Assembly: GCF_000400465.1 (NCBI RefSeq)
Contig: NW_008806282.1
Location: 30,001-62,000 of the forward strand
Length of the DNA: 32,000 nucleotides
From: Wallemia ichthyophaga EXF-994
Lineage: Eukaryota > Fungi > Basidiomycota
Direction: 5' to 3'
Part shown: in pieces, positions 9,900 through 22,016 of the stretch
Layout of the letters: every line of letters starts with the position of its first letter
How positions within the stretch are numbered: the stretch's first letter is position 1
Program-made: the position numbers and the translations under genes
Notes under the pieces: generated by a model
Database searches by the model: none
Told to the model about the DNA's origin: nothing
What the model saw: the letters and a program-made list of their open reading frames with translations, nothing else

Positions 9900-11405
9900 A
9901 TGAGTAGCCATAAGGAGAAGGGCAATCAGTTATTTAAAGGTAAGCTTTCTTAATTCCCAAAATATCGCTCACGATTCATAGATAAGGATTTTGTGAAGGC
10001 GATAGAGGAATGGTTGTTGGTAGAACCGCCAACCGAGCAGGTCTACAACAACATCGCTACAGCCAAGTTTAAGCTCGAGGAATTTGGGCTTGCCGAAGAA
10101 TTCAGCACAAAGGCTTTATCGCTCAACAGCAAGTTCGTCAAGGCTCTTTATCGCAGAGCTATGGCACACGTAGCCGTATTACACTTCAAGCCTGCTATTG
10201 CTGATCTCAAGGCTGTAATCGCCATTGAGCCTTCAAACAAGGTCGCCAGCCATCACCTAGCTGAGATTTCCAAGATCCATCGCAAAATACAATTCGAACA
10301 GGCCATCGCTACTGAAGACGAGAAGAAAGCCTCAGATACAATTAGAGAGATGATTGACAACGGCGGCTTGGAGATTCCTTCAGATTACGATGGCCCTACC
10401 CTCGACTCCTCCAATCTCATCGATTCACTCATTGAGCACTTCAAGAGTGGTAAAACGTTGCACAAGCGTGTTCTTTTTGAGTTGGTGCTCAAGACAATGG
10501 ATATATTCAGCCAAGAGGAGTCTCTGGTAGATGTCTCCATCCCAGAAGGCGTCAACATGAACGTTATCGGTGACACACACGGCCAGTTCTTCGATTTGAT
10601 TCATCTCCTCGGATTGACGGGCAAGCCATCTGAAACAAATTACTTGCTTTTCAACGGAGACTTTGTTGACAGGGGCAGCTGGTCTACAGAAGTCATCATT
10701 CTGCTCCTTGCGATGAAATACCTGAATCCAAAGTCCGTTTACTTGAACCGTGGAAACCATGAGACACGTCAAATGACACAGGTGTACGGATTTGAAGGAG
10801 AATGCAAACACAAGTACCCTACTGACCTCACTTACAAATCTTTTGCTCAACTCTTCACATATCTGCCGATTGCCCATCTTATCTCATCAACCAAGAAACC
10901 AGAGACAACGTTAAGTAAATCTGACATACTCACGAAGGATGGTTTCAAGAGATTCTTTGTCGTTCATGGTGGTTTATTTTCCAAGGACGATGTGACGCTT
11001 GAAGATATCCGCAAAATCAAACGCAATAGAGAACCAGGCCAGGAAGGTTTAATGTGCGAAGCGCTGTGGACAGACCCACAAGAGGCCGACGGACGGGGGC
11101 CATCTAAGCGAGGAGTGGGCGTAGGATTTGGTGGTGATGTAACAAAGCGTTGGTGTGAGTTGAACGAGGTTTGTGCTGTCATTCGCTCCCACGAGGTTAG
11201 ACAAGATGGATACTCATGTGAGCATGACGGCAGACTAGCGACAGTGTTCAGTGCACCAAACTACTGCGATACAAGTGGGAACAAGGGAGCGTGGATGAAA
11301 ATCGACGCATCTGGAGATATCAAGACTACACAATTTGCTGCAGTTGAGCATCCACCTATCAAGCCAATGGCTTACTCGAGCGGGATGGCCAGTATGATGG
11401 GATGA
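9900..11405 (+). CDS. PPT1: Serine/threonine protein phosphatase 5 (TPR + PPP catalytic domain)
   Basis: ATG 9900 with a 42-nt intron at 9940-9981. N-terminal TPRs (KEKGNQLFK..; KALYRRA); PPP motifs GDTHG, GDFVDRG, RGNHE, HGG, RSHE, SAPNY; C-terminal PMAY. Confidence 0.95.
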
Positions 11406-11677
11406 AGTTGGAGTAGGACAAAATACATTCTTGAGAAAGCTGCATGTTTAAAAATTAATAATTTGTGATTTATAAAAGATAGATAAAATGCATTTAACCG
11501 TAGCTTTACAGTGGGATTAGCATAACAAGACATCGGAATCAATCTGAAACGATTTGAAACAGTATGTCACTGTGTCACCGCCCTTAACATGAATCTTATG
11601 TACTCGTCTCCTATCATTCCTAAGCGTGCCAGTCTCTGTTCACGAGTAACTATCACTACCAAAACTCAAAGCACGAA

Positions 11678-14600
11678 ATGAGGGCGTACTTGGCGCCAAT
11701 AATATACCTTGCAATTATACCAATAATAAGAGCATTTCCGAAGATAGATTATGACTCCCTGGGAACTGCATCGATTTTTGGCTCATTTGCTGCAATCGAC
11801 GACATTTCAAACTCTTTCAAATCTGCACAAAGCTATGATAATAACTCTTACACCCTTTTGTCCCGGCCCAGCAATGCTTCCGAGTGGTCTTCTCTCGGCT
11901 CTACCAACGAGTACGCGCATATCAACTCAGCGTGTACGATCAATGACTTGACATTCGTCGGTGGTGATTTTGATTCAATAAATGGTCAGCAGTTCACAAA
12001 ATTCGCGGTTTACTCACCTCATAATGGCTGGAAACCTTTGGGTAGCGTGCAGGGCGTGATCAATGCACTTTACTGCGATGCTTCAAATTCACAAGTTTGG
12101 GTTGGTGGTGCATTCGACGCAGTGGATGATAATATGGGGGCGAATATAGTCGTTTGGAATGTACGCGAAGAGCATTGGCAACCCTCTGCTGTGTATGGTT
12201 TGAATGGCGCCGTGAATGCCTTTTCGGTCTCGGATGATCAACTGTTTATCACGGGTAATTTCACATCCACATTCAATCAACCAGATGTCAAGCAATATCC
12301 AGAAGCATTGGATAGAATAGTTAATGCACTCCAACCAGTACCTTTCGATGACGCTGACGTTACTGGTTCAAAGGGTTCAGATAACCCAGCATACGCCGAT
12401 ATCAAGAATCTCGCGTGTGTTGGCGGTAATTCTTTTGACACCCCTGATGGAACGAGTGGTGTCATGTACATAGAGTGGTTCGATTCACACAATGTGGCCG
12501 GATTCCGTATCGCGAATACAGTTGACGAGGGTCATGCATTGACTGGCTTTGTGTGAGTTATGCTGCATCTATAATTACCAATTCCTGACGAGAAATAAAG
12601 CATAACCACCATACCAGAAAAGCAAGTCATTCCATTAACTTACAATCCTGTTCACGCACCTGGAACGAACATGACTTGCGAAAATGAATGCCCGATAGCT
12701 CTCTCAGATGAGAGAGAATTCAACGACTATATCATACCTGGTGGCTCGCGCAGACTTGGCGGGTTCGCTATCAACATGATAGACTGGACCGGTGCTGGTC
12801 CAGGCTTGCGCTCGGTTGAAGTACTTGGGGCTGGCAGCGATGCCTACGCCATTAGTGAATTCAATGAGTTGCAAGAGGGCTGCTACTCTAATGGAAATTC
12901 CTCCAACGTTACAACTGTCGGTAATTGGAATTCTGTCAATCCATCTTCAGAATCGTCAAACAAGGTTCTTTCAGCGTCGATTCAAGACGTCGATCAAATT
13001 CCTTCTCTTACATTCAGACCGTACGTCGGCGAGCGTGGTCTCTACGAAATATACATATCAATTCCAGGTTGCGCTGGTCTCGATGATTGTGAAAGTAGAA
13101 GCGCCGTTGATGTCGGAATGCAGTTGACTGAAAGAGGTCATTATATCAATGACACAATCACTGAGATCGATAACAGTGACTTTTCCTGGCCGATCTTCAG
13201 GGGAATGGTCGACGGTTCATCAAACACCTTCGCGCCCAACATTACCATTAAACCAATAATGGCCGAAGAGGGCAAGACTATTGCTGTGCAGAAGGTATCA
13301 TTGCATCTGCTCGAGATCCTTCCAAATGAGATGGCGATCGGAGGTCTGGCGTACAACTTAACCTCAGGGAACACTTTGGATGCTAGTGCTGATCGCGAAA
13401 TTTCAGATCAGAACTATCTAGATAGAGCTCTGGTTTCTTTGTCAGACGCTATCGGTATTCAATTCAAAGAGGGTGAACAAGATCTTAACTATATCAAGGC
13501 AATCGCTAGCACAGATTCGAATATATTCATTGGAGGTAATTTCGTCGGTTTTAATGATACAATGAACAACATTACAAACATTGCCCATTTCAACGACAGG
13601 TTGCACTCTCTCCCGGGCGGCGGAGTCAACGGCAATGTCAACAAGTTAACCGTCGTAGATGATCAAGTGTATATTGCAGGTAACTTTACGCAAGCTGGCT
13701 CAACTCAATGTCAAAACATTGTTATGTACGACCATCGCCATAAGAGATTTGAGAAACTTGGTCAGGGTGTCGATGGTGAGGTTTATGATATGACCTACTC
13801 CCCAGACTCAAACAGGCTGTACCTAGCTGGCAATTTCACGAACGCTCTCATAGACGAGAGTGCCAGTGTAACAGTAGGAGGGCTAGTTTCATGGGATCTG
13901 AAAGACAAGTCATGGAGAAATGACAACGGCGTTGTGTTTTCAGAGCTGGTTAAAGGAGTTGCAGTTCATGACAAAGATTTACTGGTGTATGGTACAGTGG
14001 ACAGAGTAGCGAAATTTTCTGCCAATGGTGCAGCTAAAATATCCTCGAATGGGTTGAGTAGTGTAAGTGCTACCAATTCACTCGGAAGCACAAAAACATC
14101 GTCGAGCAAGTCGTCAAGAAAGCGAGCAGCTCCTCATTTGCCTTCAGCCTCATCTGTTGCGCCCGCAATTAATGCGGGTAGCTACTACGAGAATTCTACG
14201 AGTTTATACACAATCTTGGGCGGTAATTTCACTTTCAATGATGGTCATTCGGGTGCGGTTGCTTTAATTGACCAAGACAGCAATATGCATGCATTAGGTG
14301 ATGGTGGTGTTTCTGGTGATGTTCGTGCTATGATGGTTGTTGGTAATAAGTTATTCCTAGGTGGGCAGCTCAGAGCTGGCAACTCTACCGACGTGGCCAT
14401 ATATGACCTGAAGAAAGGTGCCTTCGTCGACGTTGGAAATGGCTTGGAAGGTACAACATCTAGTTTCGCTTACAATCAAATCTATAATAGTGCCATTGTT
14501 TCAGGTGACTTCAATGCTGTGTCTGGAAATCAAGACTGCTCGAATATCTGTCAATGGGATATAGGTGATGGTCATTGGAACAGCCTTGGAAAAGGCGTGA

Positions 14601-15836
14601 GAGGGTTTATTTCTGACGTAGACGTTGCTGGTGTGAGTGTTAAGTGTCGTGCATTGTAATTACGACTAACACAACTCCTAGGATGACGACCAATACGCCG
14701 TCGCAGTTGGCGAGTTTGCAATTGACAAGGAAGGCGACCTTATCTACATTGCAACATACGACTACGAGGACAAAAACTGGTCGAGATTGGGCGATGGTAA
14801 TTTACCTGGCATACCCACAACAGTCAAAACCGATGACAGGAATATTGACAACGTCTTTATTGCTGGCAGGCGCACAGACAGCAATCAGACGTACATCTAC
14901 AACTACGACGGTGATACTTTTAGTGATATCTCTAATGATATGTTTCAAGGGACTGGCAGAATACATGGGTTGGAATTCCTCCCAGTGCAGGAGGTGGATG
15001 AACAGGAGCAGAAGGAGCGTGAAGAAACGATAATGGAGAATGACAGAATATTATATGTGACTGGTGACATTGACTTGCGCGGCGTTGGTCGTGTGTCATC
15101 AGTGATGTATGATGGATTGAATTGGCATCCTCATCTCCAAACATTCGGCTCAGATGGTAGTGCAGGATCTCTAGCATCTATTATGTCCTCCTCTGACTTT
15201 TCATTTTCTTCAAGAGGTGAGTAGACAAGAGGTTAATTGGACTACTTACCTAACTAGAATACAGACTTGCTGGCACTCGGTATAATTATCCTCATTTCTA
15301 TTGCGTTGGGATTGGGTGTTGTCTTATTGATAGCACTGATTGCGATACTGATATCTTTGTGGGAACGTCGTGGAGAATCACGTCCAATTCTGTTGGAGAA
15401 TGACGAGAAAGATGAGCAGGTACGGCCATCGTCGTTGCTGGCGAATATAAACCAAGCTACTACCAACATAGCTCGAGGCTCGACGACGAACGCACAAACA
15501 CTTGCACCAACGCCAATTATTAAGCTCAACGATCAAGACACAGGGAAAGGAAAGACAGAAGAGGTGGGTGAGATGGATGACAGTTTCAATAGGTCATATT
15601 CCACGGGTGCATCGACGTCAGATAATCCGCCTCAAATATCTCCAGCCGATCTCAATAATGGTGTAGGGTATAGGTGTTATTCGAGGTATGACTTTGCTGG
15701 TGATCGCCAGGGTGAAATACCTTTGATTGTCGGTCAGCAAGTGCAGGTTCTCAATGATAGCGATCAGGACTGGTTCTTTGTTCGCGACCCTGCATCTACT
15801 CATGAAGGTGTCGTGCCCTCTTCGTATCTTTTCTAG
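11678..15836 (+). CDS. RAX2: Rax2-like cell-polarity protein (signal peptide, beta-propeller-like ectodomain, one TM helix, C-terminal SH3)
   Basis: Hydrophobic N-terminus, repeated 'lfvGGxF' and 'G.V..L' blades, TM segment LLALGIIILISIALGLGVVLLIALIAILISL, and SH3 (YSRYDFAGDRQGEIPL..SDQDWFFV..EGVVPSSYL). Introns 12553-12600, 14633-14681 and 15217-15264 join four ORFs in frame. Confidence 0.85.
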
Positions 15837-15918
15837 TTATGGTAGTTATTAGCAGTTGAATTATTTATTATTCCTTATTGTACATAGCAATTTAATTAAT
15901 CTCGAATATCTGTTGGTG

Positions 15919-18325
15919 TTATATTAAAGGGTGTATGAGAGAAGCAAATGAATGACTCACGTTATCCGAGTCAGACCATGTGTCTTGGTTTTCGGACACC
16001 TTGACTCGCTTCTCAAAATAAATGGGCTCTCCGGTAGTCTCACTCGTGATTGGAATCCAGTCATCACCAATGTTCTTAAACCACTTGACTCTGGAATGAG
16101 CGTAAGATTTGTCACGACTGCGACGATCTCTTTGTGCTTGCTCGAGGTAATTCTTATACTCTTCAGCTATATCAGCATTGCCTTGCTCCAAAGCTCGCTG
16201 ATCAGGTCTGCGTCGAGAATCTGTAGGCGGGAGAATATTCTCGTTTACCATTTCATTCAATCCAACAGCATATCTGGAGAAACCGTAGTAATCTTGACAG
16301 TCGGGAGGGAATTGGTTGATAGATTCCCACAGCTGCTGGAATCTGTCCGTTGAGTGTCCGTGGTCGTCGACTAGCTGACGAACAAAATTTTGCGACCATC
16401 TGCCATTCAGTCTGCACAGACGGGTGTGACTGCTATCTTCTATGGAACCCTCCACATAGCCTCGTGACGATTCACCGCCAAAGAAACTACCCTCTTTGAA
16501 CGCAATGGTGGATGATTCGCCCGTGGTCTCGTTCTTTATATCTAAATCACCCGTGTGTTCGAGATATGGGGAGGACATGACTAGGTTGCGAATAAATGAG
16601 CTGGGCTTGCGCCTGGAGGAGGAGTGTGTGTTAGTGTGTGTTGGTGGAGTAATAAAAGCGCCACCCACCATGTGTAAATATCGCCGGTAGATTTGATGGT
16701 CAATTTGGCATTACCAATGGGGATAATTTCCATACTCTTGCCCCAGAACCTGAAATGTGTTAACTTAATCACACTGTTACAACGAAATAAACTCACTTCT
16801 GTTTGACACCCGACGTTGCCACGTACGTCCAATCTTCACCCTGTGCATAAGCAGCCACTAAAGGCGGATGATGGGTAACCTTCTCACTGAAGAAAGCAAA
16901 TTGGGGGGTGATGAGCTCGTATGTCTCACCAAGGAGAGGATTGAAAGGTTTCCTAGTCGATCTGTATTGCGTGCACGAGTAGCTCGAGACGCAGAAAGCG
17001 GCAATACAGGCCATACGCTCGACACTACTCTTGGCTTTGATGGCCTTGTCGATGAGTTCTACGTACTCAAAATCCTCAGCTACCTTCTGCAGTAGGGAGA
17101 GGGGCTCGTTAAAGCTCACTGGGAAGGAGATGGTGGTGAGGTCTTTGCCAACGTTTTTCTTCAAGACACCAAGCAGACCAATTTCCTGTGATTATCGTGC
17201 GATTGTGAGTTGGTGTCATGTCTTCAAATTTAAGACAACTCACATCACCAGAGATCGGAGCAGGTAGTTGCTGCCGCCGTGAGAGCTGCATGGGGCCATA
17301 TTTGGAGGTGACTTCACCCGACACTTCTTCTTTATGGTACGTGCCCTCTTTATCCACCTCATCGTCGTCATCTTGAACATCAACGTTGTCATTATCGTTG
17401 TCATTATCGTTGTCATTATCGTTGTCATTATCATTGCCGTCATCATCGTCATCGCCGTCGTCGCACTCGTATGCCTCACCAAAGGTGTCGTGGGCGTCAT
17501 AGAACTCAAAGTCATTGATAGAGGAAGTGCGTGAAGGGGCGTAGCGCGAGGGTGCGGGAGGGTTGTTGGAAGACTTTCGATTGTTACTGTCGTAATGCAT
17601 CGAATATATCTCCTGCTGTAGTCTTCTTAATTCGGCAGTAGAATCGAGCATCCGTTCAAAGAAAGCATCGTAAGCTCTGGGGCTGTATGGGGAGTGTGTA
17701 GAGTCGGAAAAATCTTCATTTGATGAATTGAGCTTAGGTGATTTGTGGAATATGTTTAGTAGACCACCTTGAGTGTGTGTGTGTGTGGTTTCGCGTGAAC
17801 TTGATTGGTTATGACAATTCTTTAAATTCTCTAGGTCAAATTCGAGGAGGTCGATAAGTTTAAGGGATTTGTTCATGTTATCAGTTGGGGTACTAGTATT
17901 CTCAGCCACAGTTTGGAGTGCAGGATTAGTTGTATCGAGGAATAAACCCAATGTCTTCATCCAGGTTAAGTACTCCTCACCTGAATTGAATTTTATATGC
18001 CAAGTCGATGTACCGCCGTCAATGGTCACAGTGCGTCGATTGCTGTGAGATAACCAGACGCTGGAACGGAGGTTAACGTGATCTCTAACTGTGTCTGTAT
18101 TTGTGACTGCGTAGTTGAGAATCCCAGAGGACTACAAAATGATCAACGCGTATCCATTAATACTGTCATTTGGCTTACGTAGAGTCTGAAATAACGCCTA
18201 GCGAATCCCTGCATTTTCTTCTGTTTCTTCTTGAGTAAATATCCCTCGATCATTACTCTACCTGTGTTATTATCGTGTATCGACATCCTCTGATGAGAAG
18301 GACGTGAAGGTCGTGATATTGACAT
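15919..18325 (-). CDS. OSH3: Oxysterol-binding protein with N-terminal PH domain (Osh3-like)
   Basis: PH domain (IEGYLLKKKQKKMQGFARRYFRL); OSBP motifs KKNVGKDLTTISFPVSFNEPLSLLQ, KPFNPLLGETYE, EKVTHHPP, PPTDSRRRPDQRALE. Introns at 18132-18178, 17186-17243, 16750-16796 and 16613-16668. Confidence 0.9.
17385..17432. repeat. Perfect 12-bp tandem repeat (GTTGTCATTATC)x4 encoding an Asp-Asn run in the OSBP linker
   Basis: Four exact copies read directly; they translate on the minus strand as (DN)n. Confidence 0.85.
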
Positions 18326-18392
18326 TATGGACGTGTCGAATAAAGGAGAAAATCGGTAAAAATAAATTAAATTCTGAAATACAAACTACATT

Positions 18393-18981
18393 CTAAGTCT
18401 CTGAGCTGCATCCACGGCATCCTGTGGTGTTGTTAGCTATAACCATCTCCACGGCTTTTACACACCACAATGCACACACTCAAAAGTCTGTCCATCCTTG
18501 AGGTGAGCCTTTGGTACTCTACAGATACACGTAGATCCTTCATAGTTCATGTCTCTGCTCTGTATACACCGCGTACAGCACAGCTTCTCGTATCCCTGTT
18601 TCTTCCATTTGGCTATCAAATTGGCGTCTGCATAGCCCTGCTTCACCAGCCAATCGTAAAGTTCCTTGGATATTTGCTTACGTTTGTAGTACAAGTCGAA
18701 TATATCTGTGGGATGTTAATTGGTGCCACTCTTACTACTAAATACCCCACATCTTGATCTCGTATGCGATATTCTCATTACAGGCCACAGTGTCTCGTTC
18801 TTACGCTTCCCATCCACTGTTTCTGCCTCCACGTCGCGCATCTTACGAGTATAATCTGGAGTGAGAGGCGCATGAGATGTGTTTATATCGCAAGACACTC
18901 TGCCGCACCCTCTAATATCTGCTCAATAGCTTCAAATCCTTCTGGTGGCTGCTTTGTGCGCTGTGTCCTTATCTTTGGCAT
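18393..18981 (-). CDS. BUD31: Splicing factor Bud31/G10
   Basis: [88 protein letters not shown], assembled across three short GT-AG introns. Confidence 0.95.
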
Positions 18982-19070
18982 TGTGGTGGTGAATGTGGGT
19001 GTATAACATGTGATTAATAAAGATATTTACAATATTCGCTGTGTATTCTTAACTCGTTCAATAATACCCT

Positions 19071-19884
19071 TTATCCCCTACGAGCAGCTCGATTTGGTGT
19101 CCACTCCTGCGTCTTCCCTGTCCCTGGAGCGAATTCACCCGCCTGTTTCCTCAAACGACCCTCTTCTTGCTGCCTTTGATGCATTTCATTAGGATCGAAT
19201 CCATGTCTGCGTTCTTCCACATGCTCCATTGTTTCCTCGGGTGTTCTTCCTGCCTCTTGCGTTTCGATAGCTGGTTCGAATGCCTCTAGCGGGTTTTGGT
19301 TGTAATGTTGCTGTGCCTTGATGTGCTCGTGTTGCTCGTGTTCGTGTTGCATATCTACCTCTGCAGTGCCACTCTCCGGCGCAGGCACAGCGCCTCTACT
19401 CTTCGCGAAAGCTGCATCGATACGCGCTGCATTCTGCTGTGTGCGCTGTATCCTGAGCAAATCCGATTCCAACTCCTAGGTAATATTCAATATCAACTCA
19501 CGTAATCACCACTATCCACCCCCACTCACCTCGATCGACGGCGGAGAGAGACGCGTGTGCCTGAGCCACGCCTGCCACTGCGCTGGCATATTCTTGCCGA
19601 CCAGAGCCCAATCGACCTGGCGCGGATACCTGACTGAGCGCTTCGGACGTTCTTTGTAGTCTGTTGTGGGTGGGTGCTCGAAATACTTGTTGCCTGAGAT
19701 TAGACATTAGATTGGGGTAATTCACCCTGCTGTATAGTCCCACCCTCTAAATCGTATCCCACGAAATACCTGTCACTCTATCCCGCATCAGAATAGCCAC
19801 TACACAGCCACAGCCACCCACTGGCTTTGGTATTTTGCTCCATAAGAAGCTGAATATTCCGCTGCGTGCTGGTGATTTAAGCAT
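19071..19884 (-). CDS. NDUFAF2: Complex I assembly factor, NDUFA12/NDUFAF2 (B17.2L) family
   Basis: Spliced model (introns 19778-19821, 19694-19743, 19476-19529) reads MLKSPAR..RYFVGYDLEGNKYFE..RSVRY..MPAQWQAWLRHTRLSPPSIEELESDLLRIQR. The G.DL.GN.Y.E and QW.AWL.HTR..PP motifs are family hallmarks. Confidence 0.85.
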
Positions 19885-19924
19885 GACTGACGGTGATCGT
19901 GGTAATCCTTCTTGATCAAACACC

Positions 19925-20913
19925 ATGATAAGGGGTGTGAAAATTAGGTGGTCTGGGCACAGCAAACTCAGCACACTCAGCACATTCAGAACTCTCTCCA
20001 CATCCACCACACACCTCCAAAGCCAGCTGCCGAATCCCAACGCCGAAAAGGAAGCCAAGAAAGAAGCCTATCGGCACGACCTCGATGAGCAAGTGAGGCG
20101 ACAAGAGGAAGCTGCGAGCAAAGCGCAAGACAGTCAACCCACACTTGCTTACCTCCCTCGAGCATTAGGGGTAGTAGACAAGCCCTTATCCAGCGCGAGT
20201 GCGACTGAGCAGAGCTGGACACAGCGCAGCAGAAGCTATTTCTCTGAAACTAAATTAGAGGAGCGGAGGAGGTTATTGTTGAAAGAGTCGCGCAATGCTT
20301 ATTATACGGATCTCAAACTCATTCAGCAGCACGGCGGGAAAACGTGGATGGCACCACCCTCCCTCATCCAGCAGCAACGTGCACTCTTTTTCCCCGATAT
20401 CAAAGGTACCCTTTTGAGAGACGGAAAGAGTACAAGACATACTAGCGACCTTCTCCCAGGCAAAATATCCCTCGTCGCTATCATGAGCACACGTATCGCC
20501 CAGGAACACGCCAAGTCTTGGTCTGAACCTTTCCTCAAGGCGTTTGCAAACACCCCCGCTTTTCAGTATTTACAGGTAAGTGCGATATCGCGTATATCTC
20601 ACACAAACTAACACAATATCCTCAGATCAACTCTCAAAGCAACCCTCTCAAAAGCTGGCTTGTCACACTTTCACTCAACAACCTCCGTCGTATGGTACCC
20701 ACCCAGCTGCAGGATACTTACCTTGTCAGCTCTCAGTCACTTGAGACCGAAAGGGAATATCTCGCTTTCGATAACCAGTACGCAGCTTATGTTTATCTAG
20801 TCGATCAGCAAGGTAAAATTCGCTGGGCAGGTGCTGCTTTTGCCCAGCAGAGGGAGATTGATGCTGGGATCAAGTGTGCAAGTGAGTTATTACAGCGGCT
20901 GCATGGGGAGTAA
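19925..20913 (+). CDS. ATP10: Mitochondrial ATP synthase F0 assembly factor Atp10
   Basis: Presequence-like N-terminus; YYTDLK..HGGKTWMAPPSLI..RALFFPDIKGTLL; YVYLVDQQGKIRWAG. Intron 20576-20625 (GTAAGT..CTAAC..CAG). Confidence 0.9.
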
Positions 20914-20927
20914 ATGATGCATGCATT

Positions 20928-21884
20928 TTATAGATTTGTTTTGTCTAGTTTGGTGGTTATGCTCTGTGTGTGTGTGTTTTCGTTGTCCTTTTCCTCTTTA
21001 TAGTTATGACTGTTGTCACCGCTGTAATTTTCACTCTCACTGTCCTCCTCACTCCCACTGCCACTCTCTTCTTCACTTTCCTCACTCTCTTCCTCGCTCC
21101 CGCTCTCTTCAATCCAGTTCTGGTGGTTGGGGTTCGCCTGGAGCAGATCATCCTCCTCATCATCCTTCTGTCTGGCTTGCTGATATTCACGCTGTTCGTC
21201 TGCCATGATATGCTCCTGCTCTGCGACAATCTCCTCGCTGCTAGCGCAACCCTTGTATCTCTCCAGCAAACCTTTGTTAACTTTGAGGAAAGAGTGACCC
21301 CAACTAAATTTCGATAGCAGTGTTTCCGCACACATATCGAAACCGGTGAGGAAGAAAGTAGCAGCGAGGGCCTCAACGCAATTAAGTCTCCACGGCTTAC
21401 CGTAATTGACAGGATTAGTAGCGATGAGATAAGGGAGGAGGCGTTCATGCGGGCTCTTTATCCTGCCCCACGGAATCTCGTCGAGTCTAGCCCACGAGCA
21501 CTCCACGACAGCGGCTCCACTAGCGGCAACGATATCTTTGTCTGCGGGGCTGACGGTGAGGGAACCTTTGGGTCTGGAGCGTGTAAGAAGACGGTGTGAC
21601 TTGCACTAGGACACCCACGATAGCACCACTCCTCTAAACCGCTGGCCTACTTTCATATCCTTGATGAGCCCCTGCCGAGACAGCTTCTTGCCGGAACAGC
21701 GACGTGGATCGCAGTGGTTGAAATCCCACATCGCTACAGGTACACCGAGACTGGCAACGAGACCATCACGCTTCTCTTCCCGCCTGCTCTTTATACCCAT
21801 CGGTGCATCATCTATCGCAGAATCAGGCCTCTCACCCAACTCGAATACTTTGTAGTCGTAGCGCTTGTTGTGGGATTTGGGCAT
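20928..21884 (-). CDS. TSR3: 18S rRNA aminocarboxypropyltransferase Tsr3
   Basis: VAMWDFNHCDPRRCSGKKL; SPADK; VECSWARL; RLLPYLIATNPVNYGKPWRLNCVEALAA; acidic tail. Intron at 21574-21618. Confidence 0.93.
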
Positions 21885-22016
21885 TCGGTGGAGATGGTGG
21901 TAGTTGGGGTACAAGGGAGTTTTAGAGAGATGAATGGCAATAAGGAGAGATTAGCAGAGATTGTTGCATCTATCTTCTATGGCTTCTATCCTTTACACCG
22001 ACCATCCATCTCGACG

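Noticed and set aside
9900-10150. Shortened first TPR of PP5
   Set aside because: The difference is only a few residues, and the Hsp90-binding carboxylate-clamp positions (K..GN, N, K..YR) appear retained, so this is ordinary divergence.
10385-17534. Numerous 60-150 aa antisense or alternative-frame ORFs over PPT1, RAX2 and OSH3
   Set aside because: They are shadows of codon bias in real genes and carry no motifs or independent splice signals.
17772-17787. (GT)n microsatellite
   Set aside because: Short, in frame within the OSBP linker (THTHT), and unremarkable.
19498-19743. 81-aa minus-strand ORF (MGLYSRV..)
   Set aside because: It is an alternative frame over NDUFAF2 exons and introns; the spliced frame carrying the family motifs explains the region.
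21714-22016. 101-codon 5' extension of the bHLH ORF in the ORF track
   Set aside because: It starts at a non-ATG codon and lies largely antisense to TSR3 exon 1. The first in-frame ATG is 22017, so it is probably a chance open frame.
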